Origin: Takakia lepidozioides
Lineage: Eukaryota > Plantae > Bryophyta
Direction: 5' to 3'
Assembly (NCBI GenBank): GCA_030704615.1
Contig: CM060733.1
Location: forward strand, 29,202,001 to 29,266,000
Length of the DNA: 64,000 nucleotides
Part shown: one piece after another, positions 38,189-51,031 of the stretch
How positions within the stretch are numbered: the first letter of the stretch is position 1
How the letters are laid out: every line of letters starts with the position of its first letter
The notes under the pieces: model-generated
The model's database searches: none
The model's input: only the letters and a program-made list of their open reading frames with translations
Told to the model about the DNA's origin: nothing
Translations under genes and position numbers: made by a program

Positions 38189-41100
38189 CGAGACCATGAT
38201 AGATACGTCTTCCTCTTGGCTGAGCATGCACAACCACCTTCCAATTCCCCCCTCTTGTTTTGTCATCGGAGAAGAAAACTTGCTCCATGTCTGAAGGCCG
38301 TGAAAAAGGCTCATCGGAGGGACGATGAGTAGGGTTGAGCCTATCTGCATTGACACGCATGAAACCACAATCATCTTGTACTAGTGTTGTGGAGGGCCCC
38401 ACAAGATGTGGCTGGAACCACCTTCCCTTGAAGAGAAGAGGCCGGTACCTTGTATACTGAAGTTGGAGTATGCTCTCAAGCTCTCCAATGTACTCAAGTT
38501 TGCTCATAGCAGGTCGTGTATCTCCCTTGCCCCACACGGAGTCTTGCCAATATGTGGCACACAAGCCAGAATCAAAGGTTGTTTTGCGCTTCATGTTAAG
38601 AGCACGAATGCGGAAATGACGACCGTGAACCCAAACCGCCGTGTATGAGGTCGCGAATTGAGACGGGCTCCTTGCAATGTCTTGCACCAAATCTGAAACC
38701 ACCTCTCCTTGAGCAACGGCGTCATAAACTGAAGCCCGAAGCCACTGTTGGAATGAACTTAGAGGCTGCAATTCCATGGGCAAATTTTGTGAAGGAACAT
38801 TCCGGCGGCCCGCTCCTCGTCGTGGGCGTCTAGTAACCGACCTTGGATGGTTCCGCCTCCATGCAAGCGTCTCCTCCTCTCGTTGCTGAACAAAATTATT
38901 GTATCTTGCCTCCCACTCATGTATGGATGGGGTGTTCTTCAGTATGAAGTCATGCGCTTGCTCAATCACCAAGGTCGGCAATTTTACCCTCTTCGATTTT
39001 TTGGGCAAAACGATGTCCTTGGTTCGTGCATCCTCCTCTTCCTTCCACATCCGAGGGGCTTCCTCATCCACCCTTGCCATGTACTCCGTGCAATAGAACA
39101 TAGCTTCTTGCAACATATACCCCTCCGCCATGGTACCCGTCGGATGCGCCATTTGTCTTACAAATCCTTTCAAAGTCTTTATATAACGCTCAAAGAAGTA
39201 CATCCACCGAGAATGAACGGGGCCGGCAATCGAAGCCTCTTCCACTAAGTGCACTACCAAGTGCACTTAGATGTCAAAGGAGGAGAGAGGAAGGTGCATC
39301 TCCAACATACACATTACCTACGCCGCCTCCTTCTTCATGCGTGGAAAATCTGCTTCTTCCAACTCTTTGGAGCAAATCCACCGGAACAAACCTCCCAATC
39401 TATAGATTGTCTCACGAACCTCGGGAGTCAATGTCCCACGTACTACAATGGGCAAGATGTCTTGCAATAGATTGTGATAATCATGAGACTTCAAACCATG
39501 GACCCCGTCTTCTTCGCTGAACTTCGTACGGAGGGATGACCCATAACCAGTTGGTGTTCGGACAACACTTATGGTGGCTATCACTTTCTTGTATTCCTCC
39601 TTTGTCAATTGACAAGGTGCGCGCCTATACTTCCATCGTACAACACCTTTTGGGTCCACACCATTTTGTTCGGCCCATAGATGGCATATGCGACCTTGCT
39701 CCTCAAGCTCCTTTCTAACACTGAGAGAATCTCGTTTTGCAGCCACTCCCTTCTTTGCCGGCGTGCCATGAAGAACCCGAAAAAAGGACGAGCGGACATT
39801 CTTCTCAATATGCATGGGATCTAGAAGATGGCGAATCTTCAGGTCTTACATATATCCCCACCCACAAAGACTTAAACAAATTCTTTTACGTGAAAGTGAC
39901 AATGCAACGCATACCAAATGTGCAATATCACATGCATGCATAGGGATATTGATGGTGTTTTTGTGGAATATGTACCGCCCAATATGGCAACTCGTAGAAG
40001 ATTGAAAGTCGTTTCATGTCAGGCACGTCCACTTCACCGTCTGTGCCCGTATGGGCCACCTTTTATCGGTCCTCCCAAAACTGCCCGGACGGTGTCATAG
40101 GGGGGGGACGTACTTCCTCTTTGTCATCAAACAAGTGTTTCTCTCTTCTTCTCCATCGATGGCTCATAGGAAGAAATTTGCGGTAGTTGGGATACACCAT
40201 CTTGTGAAGATGGTGGGAGCTATGTGCATCAAGATCATCGCCACAATGCAAGCATGCATGGTACCCTTTGGTGATTAGCCCCGAGCAAATAGTTAGTCTT
40301 GTACTACACATCCCGCCACATTAGCAAAAACAAAAAGTTGTCATGTGCATGGCCCATAATGCTATCTACCCCACTACGGTGCACAAGACTGTCGCCACTA
40401 CTTCAATCAATCCCAATTTTCATCAATATTATCCGGCATTGACAAGTGAATGTACGCGGGTTGTTCATGGGGAACATAATATACCTGGATAATCATGCAT
40501 TGTCCAAACCAAGATGCCTCTCATATGAAAAGATTGTCCGGCCATAGGGTCAAGTGAAGCATCCAATGCCGGGACCCCCCTCCATAGCTCTTTAAGTTCA
40601 TCAACAAGAGGTCGCAAGTACGTGTCCATGTTTGCCACTTGTTTTTTCCTACGAGACATTCACATCATTGTTTCAATGCTCCACCAATATGCAGATTATA
40701 CTACAAAACGAATTACACGTCTTACTCCATGATTATGTCACTCATCAATCTTGCATCCGAATTGCGTCAAAGATCAGAAGTTTAATATAAAGTTGAAGGC
40801 AATAATAAACATGAAATGAGTACACTCACCTGACACAATGGCAGCCAACATGATATGGCATTTTTTAATTGAAAGATACGGAGGGATGTTTTAATTCATC
40901 ATGGTCACCGGCCAAGTGGAATGACTACATGATTGGACAAAGAATGGGTTGACCCCATCCGAGGAGAAGCCGAGGTGGACATGTCGTGGGTCCTCCAAGA
41001 GAAAATGCCACATCTCTTCAATATGCCTCCATGCTTGTGAATCTTGTGGCCCGCACACCTTTCCCGAGGGGCTCCGATGCGAGGTGTGCCATCTCATGAG

Positions 41101-42060
41101 TCTGGACAATTCGGGGCTTCGGTACTGTGCCCTCAATCGCGGGATGATCGGAAAGTAATGCATTTTCTAGGATGAAATATCCACGCCCCCCACATGTATC
41201 ATCCCATTAGCACACATAATAGAACACCTTTATGTCTTTCCCTTTATGCAGTCTCTCCCTCATTTGGGTGTGAATGGTCAAAACCAAACGTCGCTCCTTC
41301 CACTCATCATTCACTCCTTCCAAAACCACAATCAGATCTTGCATGAGTACTACTCTCTAAACCCTAAACTTTGTGGAATACACTTTACATACATTGAGAA
41401 GATTAAAGAAAATAATCTACATGCGAGGGGGAATGGCGCTTATACCTTGCGTGTTCCCTTGGACATCATCCTGATATCGGTCTTTCTTGCACTTTGGGCA
41501 TTTGGTGAGATGTGAATCCTCTCCGTAGTATAGGGTTTTATCACATGGACATGCATTATAGCCCATCCCCACAGAGTCCAAGAGTTCGCGCGCCTCTTTC
41601 CGCGACCGTGGCATCTTGGGTTTCAAGTGTGGAGCAAGGATATAGTCTGCAATAGTTCGCATTATGGCAGACATCCCAACATTACTTATGCCAAATCGAA
41701 TTTGAAAATTGAGCAAAAGTAAGATTGTTGAAAGTCGACTCACTTTTGGCCCTTCATACGAGGGAGTTCTCGCCTCCCTCTCCATGTCATTTGAGGGGGC
41801 CATTTCAGGATCATCGATTGGCCGGGTTCCCTCTTCATGGGATGCATCAGCGCCCACATGATGCATTAAGAGATCCTCCATGGCTTGCACATCCTCCTGG
41901 TTAATTTCATGCTCATTGTTGTTGTCACTGTCATCGTCATCATCGTCCGGTACCGTGGGGGCGGCGTCTCGCCCACGGCTCCCGCCTGATGTACTTGGGT
42001 TGTTTTCGGATGGGGTGCCAAGAGAAAAGACCGGGAAGGGATGGACAAAGTCCTGATACG
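38189..42060 (-). mobile_element. CACTA (En/Spm) TnpD transposase, spliced and pseudogenised
   Basis: MPRSRKEARELL..GMGY..CPC..LY...CPKC...RY; MHYFPIIPRL; HLGFSSDGVNPF...STWPV; DTYLRPLVDELKELW; HDYPG; MHIEKNV; GLKSHDYH; HLVVHLVEE...GPVHSRWMYFFER; then a DUF4216-like end. Several stops and frameshifts. Confidence 0.92.
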
Positions 42061-42409
42061 AACAAATGAACATAGGGACATATATTATAATGTGTCATTG
42101 CAACCATACACTTCATTATAAGCGAAATGCAAACAACAACTTTCAATGTGTGTGTGCATCAAATATGTCATTCAATAATTACATGTATGTGCGCAACGTA
42201 CACGCATGCAAAGTTTCAAACCCAAACAAAATCATTTGCCCCCCCAATGACGCATTCACCCTATCAACCAATTTCTGTTTATTAATGTGAAAGAAAATCC
42301 TCTCATGCCATTGCACCCAACAAACGGATGTGGCTCAAGCTTCATTTTTTCCTATATGTGCTTAAATATGTGTGCAACACCTGTACAAAGATCCAGCAGG
42401 GAAAGACAG

Positions 42410-42441
<32 letters not shown>

Positions 42442-43021
42442 CCTCCTCAACGACGTACTCACCCTTGCACCAATTTTGAATTAAATCGAATTTAAATGAA
42501 TTTAAAATATATATTTGCATTTAGAAATATATATGATTGCGGTTTTGAGGGGCGTATGATTTTATTTTTAGCTCTATTTTGTTTTGTGACATTGGGCTTT
42601 GCACCACTACATCCTTGCAAAAAATGGGACAAAAAAAAAATGGAAAAAAAATAAGTGTGTTTCTAGGGTCACTTTTGCAAAACTCTCTATAAAGAGTGCA
42701 TGAAGTTGAAGATAACTCAATTTTGGAGTGCAAATGAGAGAACAAAATCTGGTTATGGGTCCAAATGACTTTTGTTTACTCCCAAATTTTGCACGCACAT
42801 TGCATATGCTATCATTAAGCATATGGCTTAAAAATGGAATAAAAAAAAAATCATCTGCAGACGAAACACAATTTTCCGTCTCTATGACATGTAGCTGTGT
42901 TCAACACTAGAATGACCCATTGAATCAACTTGGTTCAAGCTCATATTTGGTCCACATGTGCATAAGTATGTTTAGATCACATATGCAAAGTTGCAACCCA
43001 CACGAGCAACAAGAAAAAAAT

Positions 43022-43732
43022 TTACATCAATCGGTTAATCGGATGTATATACAAAGTACATAATGAGAATATCTGCAATGCCCCTCTACGCGATCCCTGT
43101 CTCAAAGGAACCCTATTTCTATCATACACATCCCACTCACGCTGTAATCGGAGGTCCCAATCATCCCGGGAGAACTCGTATGATGCAAATAGTTCGCTGC
43201 CAGCCCTAATAGTCCTACTAGCACATGTCATCACAAACATGTGCATCCCCTCACAGTATACTGACGTATGACCACAAAAGCTCTCATGCCCATCGCTTCG
43301 CTCGTCCCATACTACATTGGTTTTCCTAGGATGACCAAAAGAACTATTGACTAGCCCAACAACATTGCCGAAGATGTCGGGGTCACCATCACAAAATCTG
43401 ATTTCAATGAGAGACAACCCCTGTCTACGTACATCCTGTCCGTTGACACACAAAATGTAGGGTAGGATGTATGGGACTTCGAGACGTAATGTACGGAACT
43501 CCGTGGAGGTGTAGTATGGACCGTAGTATGGAAACAAGTCCACCATGTTGTTTCTCCGAGGAGGAACCACAATATCATTGACCGTGAATAAACCCCGACC
43601 CATAGCAGGGTTTGTAGCGGCTCTCACAACATACCGTCTTCCCCAATACTCGAACTCCACATTTTCTCGGATGGGGGTGGGAGGGTCGAGATGATTCCCC
43701 CAACAACGAGGCTGGACGATCCTCAGTAACAT
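43022..43732 (-). CDS. SET-domain protein (putative lysine methyltransferase) encoded within the CACTA element
   Basis: Uninterrupted 236-aa ORF with SET motifs in order: GRGLF, PYYG, DGDP..GN..GLVNSS, TNV.W, ASRTIRAGSELFASY. NSS replaces the canonical NHS. No post-SET Cys cluster. Confidence 0.72.
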   Translation of the reverse strand: MLLRIVQPRCWGNHLDPPTPIRENVEFEYWGRRYVVRAATNPAMGRGLFTVNDIVVPPRRNNMVDLFPYYGPYYTSTEFRTLRLEVPYILPYILCVNGQDVRRQGLSLIEIRFCDGDPDIFGNVVGLVNSSFGHPRKTNVVWDERSDGHESFCGHTSVYCEGMHMFVMTCASRTIRAGSELFASYEFSRDDWDLRLQREWDVYDRNRVPLRQGSRRGALQIFSLCTLYIHPINRLM

Positions 43733-43769
43733 AGTCCTATGCGCTTCCCATCGGGGGCGAGGATCCGGC

Positions 43770-44747
43770 TCAGGCCGCCCGAAGCCGACCCCTCATAGGG
43801 GTTCGGGGGGCACATGCACGTGGAGGTGGAGGTGGAGGTGGAGGTGGAGGGGGAGGGGGAGGTGGTGGTGCTGGCGGAGGAGATGAAAGTGGAGGTGGTT
43901 GAGGATGTAATGTCGGAGGTGCAGCCGGGGGTACAACGTCCGGATTAGGTACAACCGGAGGTGGATCAGGCAAGGCCACAATCAGGGGGACCGCCTGAGG
44001 AAACTGGAGGGGGGGGGTGGGCCTGCTCGTCGCCGGCCATAACGCCTACGACACCTATGATACCCCTCGACCCTACGCATCTCATCTACGTGCTGCTGGG
44101 GGAACCAACTGGTCACATCGGGCACATGCTCTGGCACAAATTCTGCAAGTAGACCGGCGCGAAATGCCTCATGTGCAATGTGATTGCGAGCTTGGGCATC
44201 AAGGCGTGGCTGCAATGTGCGTAGTGAACGACGCATCAATACTTATGTCGTAATTTTGATTCATGTATGCTTATCAATCATACTATATTATTAGATAAAC
44301 CTAAATGTACCTTAAATGAATGTTAATGAGATGGGTGGGAAAAACAATCACCTTTGCCGCATCCGCAATCTTGTTCTTCTTGTAATGTTTTTCGACAATA
44401 TGCGGTTGCCGCCTCGGTGGTCTGGTGCCGCCCGGCGGTATCCGTTCCCAACACTTAGTGCACCAACACTCAATCCTATCGGGGGGGTCAAAGGTGGACG
44501 TGGTTGGACGGGGTGGCCCGCGAGGGGGCAACCTGCGGCGCACCTGACTCGATCCCGGAGTGTCAACATCCTCTACATCACCTGAAATTTGGCCCCGGTC
44601 CCTTCTACGATTGTGCCCGGCAGCCTGTATTGGATCAGGTGCAATGGGTGCCTCCTCGCCACGAAAAATGGTCGCTCTAGGGCCACAATCGATATGTGGT
44701 ACTACCTCCCCATCCTCAAGGGAGACGGGTTGATGTTTCCTCACCAT
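43770..44747 (-). mobile_element. Upstream coding pieces of the CACTA element: CxCxxC...H Zn motif, linker and polyproline tract
   Basis: RIECWCTKC...VEKHYKKN resembles the N-terminal transposase-associated motif. The polyproline run (43820-43870) is one indel away from the SET frame. Confidence 0.5.
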
Positions 44748-45169
44748 CCCATCCTAATTAACACACACCACCAACACTTTCATTTCTCAAAAACCGTTGG
44801 CAAAAAAACCCTATGCCTCAGCCTCGGGGCTTTCAAAATTGGTAACCAAGGGCGGAGCATCCCTATGGTGCTAGAGCCCAAGACAATAAATCCTTCCTCT
44901 CGCTCTATCTTCAGGATGCTCACACTATGGAAAAATTTGTTGAGACCCAGTGCTTTGCGATTATCAGATTGAACCACATTTTGGGTATGTGAATCCTAAT
45001 TACACCGTTTATCCTTTTAACCCCAAGACCCACAACCAAAATCGCCAATCCAAAACCCAGCACCATAAAGAAAAGCAAACACCCTAACCCAGTACCATAT
45101 GAAAAAATAAATAAAATAAAATAAAAACTAAGAAACCCAAAAGGCCCTAAACCCTGAATACAGAAAGGC

Positions 45170-45420
45170 CGGCTGTCGCCGCCTGCAACACCCTGGCGTT
45201 GCATTGGACGGTGAGTTTTTTTTTAAAAAAAATTGGAGGTCGCACCCCGCGACAGACAGCCGTCGCGGGGGGCGACATGTTTTTATTTATTTATGGGGCC
45301 AGGGGTCGCAAGAAACGACGGCCAGCCGTCGCAATCTTCATTTTTACATTTCAAAAAAGGGCGGGCGCAGGCGTGCGACGGCCAGGCGCCGCACGTGGGC
45401 GCGCCTTTTTTTTTTCCCTA
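45170..45420. repeat. CACTA-type subterminal repeat region (gtcgc/gcgac motifs)
   Basis: Dense direct and inverted gtcgc motifs, similar to 55195-55620. Confidence 0.6.
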
Positions 45421-45837
45421 AGTGCTTCAAGCATCTTTTTCCCCTCCCGTTTTCGTTTGTTCTTTGGGAGAGAGGTAGTTCAGAGAGTGGGGTTTAGGGT
45501 GGAGGAGAAACGCACCTGCTGCTGAGCCCGAGGTGGTCGCAAGGCCCCAAAGAGTTTGCTCCAACGCCGCTCCAACGCCCAAGGTAAGCACTGCCTCCTC
45601 CTTCACTTTCTGTTTTTCTTTCTTGCCCTAAGCACGGGCTGATGTCTCTCTCCCCTGTGTGGTAGGAATGTCGCGCAGAGGCGCGACCTAACGAGCTGAA
45701 GAGAGAGAGCCGTGGTGAGCGGGGGAGAGACGTCCTGCAGCGGCGGGGACCCGCGCCGCTGGCAGCCGCGACAGCACCGCAGCAGCTCGCCGCGCCAGCT
45801 CGCTTCAAGCACCAGCACCAGCAGAGGTACGTCAGGG

Positions 45838-47205
45838 AAATTACACTCTCCCTTTCCTGTTTACTGTTCAAAGGTAGTCTTCCTGCCCTGACTTTAAATT
45901 TAGGTCTGGTGCCAAGAGTGGGATAGACCCTTGAGCGCATCCATGATGTCCTCCCCCATGTCACAGACTGGAAACAGGTTCAGGGAAGTTTTCTTCCTAA
46001 CTTCATTTTCATTGGACAATTTTCTGGTAACAGACATGGCTTTGGACACTACACTCTCTAAGTCAGGTTTATCCAGCAAGGTCAAGACTTGCGGGTCCAG
46101 ATTCAGATCCTTGAGAATCTCTTTTACTCAATTCTCCCAGGGCTCACCCTGTTTGACAAGGCGGTCCTGTTTCCAAGATATAGAGTCAATTAACTTAGGA
46201 TATCTGGTGTTGGACATATGTTACAGCTGAACCCACCATCTGACCTTGAATTTAGGGTGTTGGGAGCTTAAAAGAGAGCATCATAGAAGAGAGGGAGAGA
46301 GAGGGAGAGGGAGAGAGGGCGTGAGAGGGAGACATCAGGGGGCAACAAAGAAAAGAAAAGAAGGTGGGGGGGGGGAGTGACTAAGCAGCTGCTGCTGCTC
46401 AGTCACTCCCCCCCCCCCCACATTCTCTGTTTTTCTTGGTTGCCCCCTCTCTTGGGGAAACAAAAGGGACAGATCCTACCTCTGTCAGGGGCTGATGTTG
46501 GTAGTAAGACTTACCTTCACATATAGAATTAATCTGGGTTTTCCAGATATCCTCTAGAAATCCCTTCACACAAGCATCAATCTGCTGTGTGTGAGATGCC
46601 CAAAAACTAGGCCTCAGAAGGGGCTGGGCTTTTGGCTCAGCCTCGACTTTTTCAAAGTTAGTAAACAGAGGTACATGCACAATTCCCTTGATAGATTTGA
46701 AGAGAGTGTCTCTTTGGTGAGAGAACCCCGGACAGTGTATCAGAAAATGAGTATTGTCTTCAGATTGCCCACACAACGGGCGATTGCACTCTCTTTTTCC
46801 TCTGTGCTTCTGCTTGTTGTTCAAAGGTAGGCTTCCTACCCTGAGTTTAAATTTCAGTCAGTGCCGAGAGTGGGTAGACCCTCGAGGTCATCCAAGATGT
46901 CCTCCCCCCATGTCACTGACTGGAAACAAGTTCAGGGAAGTTTTTTGCCTAACTTCATTTTCATCAGACAATCTCATGGCAACAGACATGGTTGGACACT
47001 ACAACCTCTAAGTCAGATTTATCCTGCAGGGTGAAGACTTGCGGTTCCAGGTCCAGGTCCTTGAGAATCTCTTCTACTATCTTCTGCCAGGACTTAGCCT
47101 GTTTGACAGGTCGGTGGGCGGTCATGTTTCCAAGATATAGAGTCGATTAACTTAGGATATCTGGTGTTGGACATATGCTGCAGCTGACCCCACCATCTGA
47201 CCTCC
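45838..47205 (-). mobile_element. Two LINE family A fragments (45838-46270 and 46462-47205) separated by a G-rich foldback
   Basis: Reverse-strand matches to 35150-35900. Confidence 0.85.
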
Positions 47206-47959
47206 CCCCACCCAACCCATTTTTTTTCATTGTTGCCCCCTCTCTCTCCCTCTCTCCCTCTCCCTCTATAACTTTTTGGATTTCATTTGGCCCTGATATT
47301 TACTATTTGCTTCTTTCATCTAAACTGGATGAAATACATGAATAATGGTGACCTATTCTAAAAATCCAAGAGGTAGTAATTTGTACCATCATTAATGATG
47401 GCAGTTACTAAACCTAAGCCTATACCGTAACCCTAAGATACCTTTTTATGGGATATCATCCATTAACAAAGTGCATCTCTTTAAAATATGATTTTTCATC
47501 CACCCTGGATGAAAAATCGGGAAGTTGTGCCCTAAACGGGCCAACATATTTCACAGCACAGAACTCGTGCTTCTATGATCCTTGATGATGCGCCGTGTAA
47601 ACCTGCTCCCTTGCGGCTACATGGTACTCGTGATGGCTGGCTTTTGGGATGCGCAATGGCAGATAGACAGATTCTTCTCTGGCAGTCGACAATGCAGTGA
47701 TCGCTCTGCTCAGAAATTTATGATTCTGTTAAATTCGCAGCGGCGCTCTTACTCCTCGTTGGGAAATACTCCACCCCTACTTAGCCACAGATTACATGTT
47801 GCTCTCTTTCTGTATGAGCTGCTCTCTATCTACTTTGATTGCGTTCTGCTGGAGACATCTACTGGACGCCATGGCGTAGGGCATACCACAAACACTCAAG
47901 GTTTTTTTGAGTGTACCCTTGCTTGGATTACGATTTGTACATGCTTTAGAATTCAACTC

Positions 47960-49410
47960 TGACATGGATAGCAACTGTGAAAACCTGCCACTCACCTGAT
48001 GCATCCTCACTAACACACATCTCTATGTGGTGATTTTTGGGACGGGCACAGGTGAGGGTCTTCACTTGTCTTGAATTATTGAAGCTTGCAGAGTCTGATT
48101 CATGCATAAGGGATTGCTGCTACCGCCTGAAGCTGCTGATACCAACTGTTGTTTCAAATCTGCCATCTTGCTGCCTCAAATCGGCTTCAAGTCTGCTCTA
48201 ATGAGGATCACCTTCTTACTCCTTATCCCTGTTTTTGGTTCTTGATAACCACTTCTATACGTTTTGGAGTTAAGACACACAAGGGACTTCATAGAAAACA
48301 AAATCTCTGTTGAAAGCTCTGGCTGTTTTTAACAAAGGTACATGGCTGCGGCTATAGCTCTGGCAACATGGAAACTAAGCTCTGAAATGAAACACCATGG
48401 CCTGGCTCTGATGGATCAGAAGATAGACCTTGTGATAACAAACATTCTTCAAGGCTCTTATATCACCACTATTTCATTGCATGATAGGGGACAATGGTTT
48501 CTGAGTTCATTTCTTTAACTAGCAGAGCTTGTTATGAGGCCCTGGAATACCACTCCAGGCCCATATCTACTTGAGGGTACTCAGCCCTATGTTTTGTTTT
48601 GTTAGAAATCTGGCTTATGACTTGGCACTGAAGCACCTTCAGACCTGACCCCATCAGTATTTTGGTTTTCAAGAACTGCTTGCTGGTAGATGCTGTGCGC
48701 TTCCTACCTTATACTATGGCAGAGTTTTGATCTTGAAGTCCTGGAATGACTATCCAGGCTTACATATACTTGAAAAAAACTTAGCCCCGCTTCTACTGTA
48801 TGAATCTTGCATGTGTCTTGGCACTGACAGATCAGTTTCACGCCTACACAGGATGTTGTTTTAGGAAGATGAATGGCTCAAGAACTAGATTATGTAAGGC
48901 TTGACCCGTGTCAACAACAAAAAATGAATGCTTTATGTCAACTTATGGGGCTTTCAGGATATGAATGACCAGGAATCCCGCCCTCCCACCCTGTTTTTTC
49001 AGATACCCTGAAAAGTTATAAGATGTTCAAATGAGTTGGTAAAAGGGGTTGTTAGATGATGCCCTGTAAAGGGTTGCTTTGTCTTTCAATGACAATGACC
49101 TTAGTGGTCTTGTCCATGTCTTGACATGACATGTATATCTTCTCTCCCTCTCTCTTATTAACATTTTCTACCCCCTCTTTCCCTCTGTGGTTTTTTTTTT
49201 TTCTGTGAGCAGCATGAAAGAGAGGAGAGGGACAGAGAGGGACAGAGAGAGGGAGTGAGAGGGAGAGATCAGGAAACAAAAAGAAAAAGAGGAAGGTGGA
49301 GGGGGGGAGTGACTAAGTAGCAACTACTCAGTTACTCCCCCCCCCCCCCCCCACCTTTTTGTTTTTTCTTTGTTGCCCCCTCTCTCCCTCTGTCTCCCTC
49401 TCTACTGGGA
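47960..49410 (+). mobile_element. Family C degenerate element ending in a GA-rich tract and G/C hairpin
   Basis: 48960-49410 is homologous to the reverse complement of 52760-53015 joined to 53760-53950. Confidence 0.5.
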
Positions 49411-49981
49411 ATTGGCAGTTTGCTATCAGTGTGGATTTTTTGTTCCTCTATCAGGCTTTCTCATCCATACCGGATGAGCCACCAGGATAGACACTGAATT
49501 ACCTCTAGGACGGTTCTTTTGGCCTTTTCATTCCTCCTCTATTGACTCTCATCCATACCGGATGAGTCACCATGGAAGAAAAGAATTACCTCTATGGAGG
49601 TTGCCAACAACATCATGTTTTTCCATCCGCACCGGATGAAAAACTACCAGGGTGATAATTTTTCATTCCTCTTTTATTGACTCTTGTTATCCATACCGGA
49701 TGGTCTGGAAAGGAATGATAGATTACCTAGATGGAGGTAAGGCGCTGCCACGGATGATATTCCCTACTTTTTCATCCTGACACATGTGAGCTGTCTATGG
49801 GTGATGTGATTATGACCTGGAATTGATCTTTACTACCCCTAATTATGATTAGTTACGGTGGAAACCCTAACCCCTACCCCAAAACCTATTTTTTACCTTG
49901 CTACGGATGAAATCCGTCAGGGTTTATGGAATCGTCCTACCATTTTTCATCCGCGGATGAAAAATCGGGGGACAACCCTAT
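49410..49981. repeat. Element with arrayed CATCC-N-GGATG palindromes (a second partial copy at 47280-47535)
   Basis: catccataccggatg at 49462 and 49550, variants at 49624, 49689, 49948, 47317 and 47497. Shared end ggatgaaaaatcggg...cccta. Confidence 0.6.
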
Positions 49982-51031
49982 GTCGTCTCTCCCGCTGTCA
50001 GAAGCACGCGATGTGCTTCTGAGCTCGCGAGGAGAATGTTATGGCAGGCGTGCTTCGGTGGCTGCCCCGTTTGTGGTGTCGTACCCATGCTGGACGAGCG
50101 CCTGGGCGGGCACGAAGGCGGCGCCTTGTCTCTCTTGCAGCGGGAAACACCGCTATGAAAACAGTGGCATCTTCCCTCCTTTGGCTTTTTCTGTGCTTAG
50201 CAAGGATGCTTATGATGGGAAGTTCTCTCCCTCTTTTCTAGTGCCTTGCGTTTGTGCCTGCTTTGCTTCATTGCTTATGTGCTTTGTGGAGGCGGCTTGT
50301 TGCGGGTGGTGATGGCGCATAACCCTCTTCCCTAATCGCTTAAGGTGCCTTTGGAGTTTAGGGATTCTCATGTTCTTATCTCTTTCTCTTGCTTTTGAGT
50401 TTCTTAGTTGACATCGATGACAAGTGTGAGGGTCTGTGATTCACCTGGGGTTCCACAATCCTCACTAACCTGTTGGTTTTTGTGGGGGCTTGTGATGGGA
50501 CTAGGTGAGGATCCTCACCTACTTTGAAGTTTCTTGAGCATGCAGATTGGGATATGGGCTGAGGAGACCTAGGGTTGTGCGCGCTATGAGGTGGTTGTTG
50601 GCTGCAGCCCCGACTTCAACCCAGCTGCCCTTGACTTGATATGCTCCAGCCTGCGTTCTGGCCTTTGTCGTTCTGCCGCCGATGCGCAGCTCGGCCTGAC
50701 GGGCTTGTTTCCTAAGGCTGAAAGAAGACATAACAAAATCCATAGGGAAGTACAACTTACAAATCGCAAGATAAAACCCTTGGACCCGTCGGCGCCCCAC
50801 TTGTGTGTGGATTCGTGCTTGTCAAGGCGGATTGTTGTTGCTTCGCGTGCCCGGTCAAATTTGGCCTTGTTTGCGGCATCAGTCTCTCCCGCAATGAGTG
50901 CATCCCCCGATACCTATGCACCACCCCCCCCCCCCCCCCCCCCGCCCTCCCAACAATTAGTGAATTACACATATATGTTGCATCGAATCCACCTCATTAA
51001 TGCACATGCGACAAATGGAAGGTGACATGAT

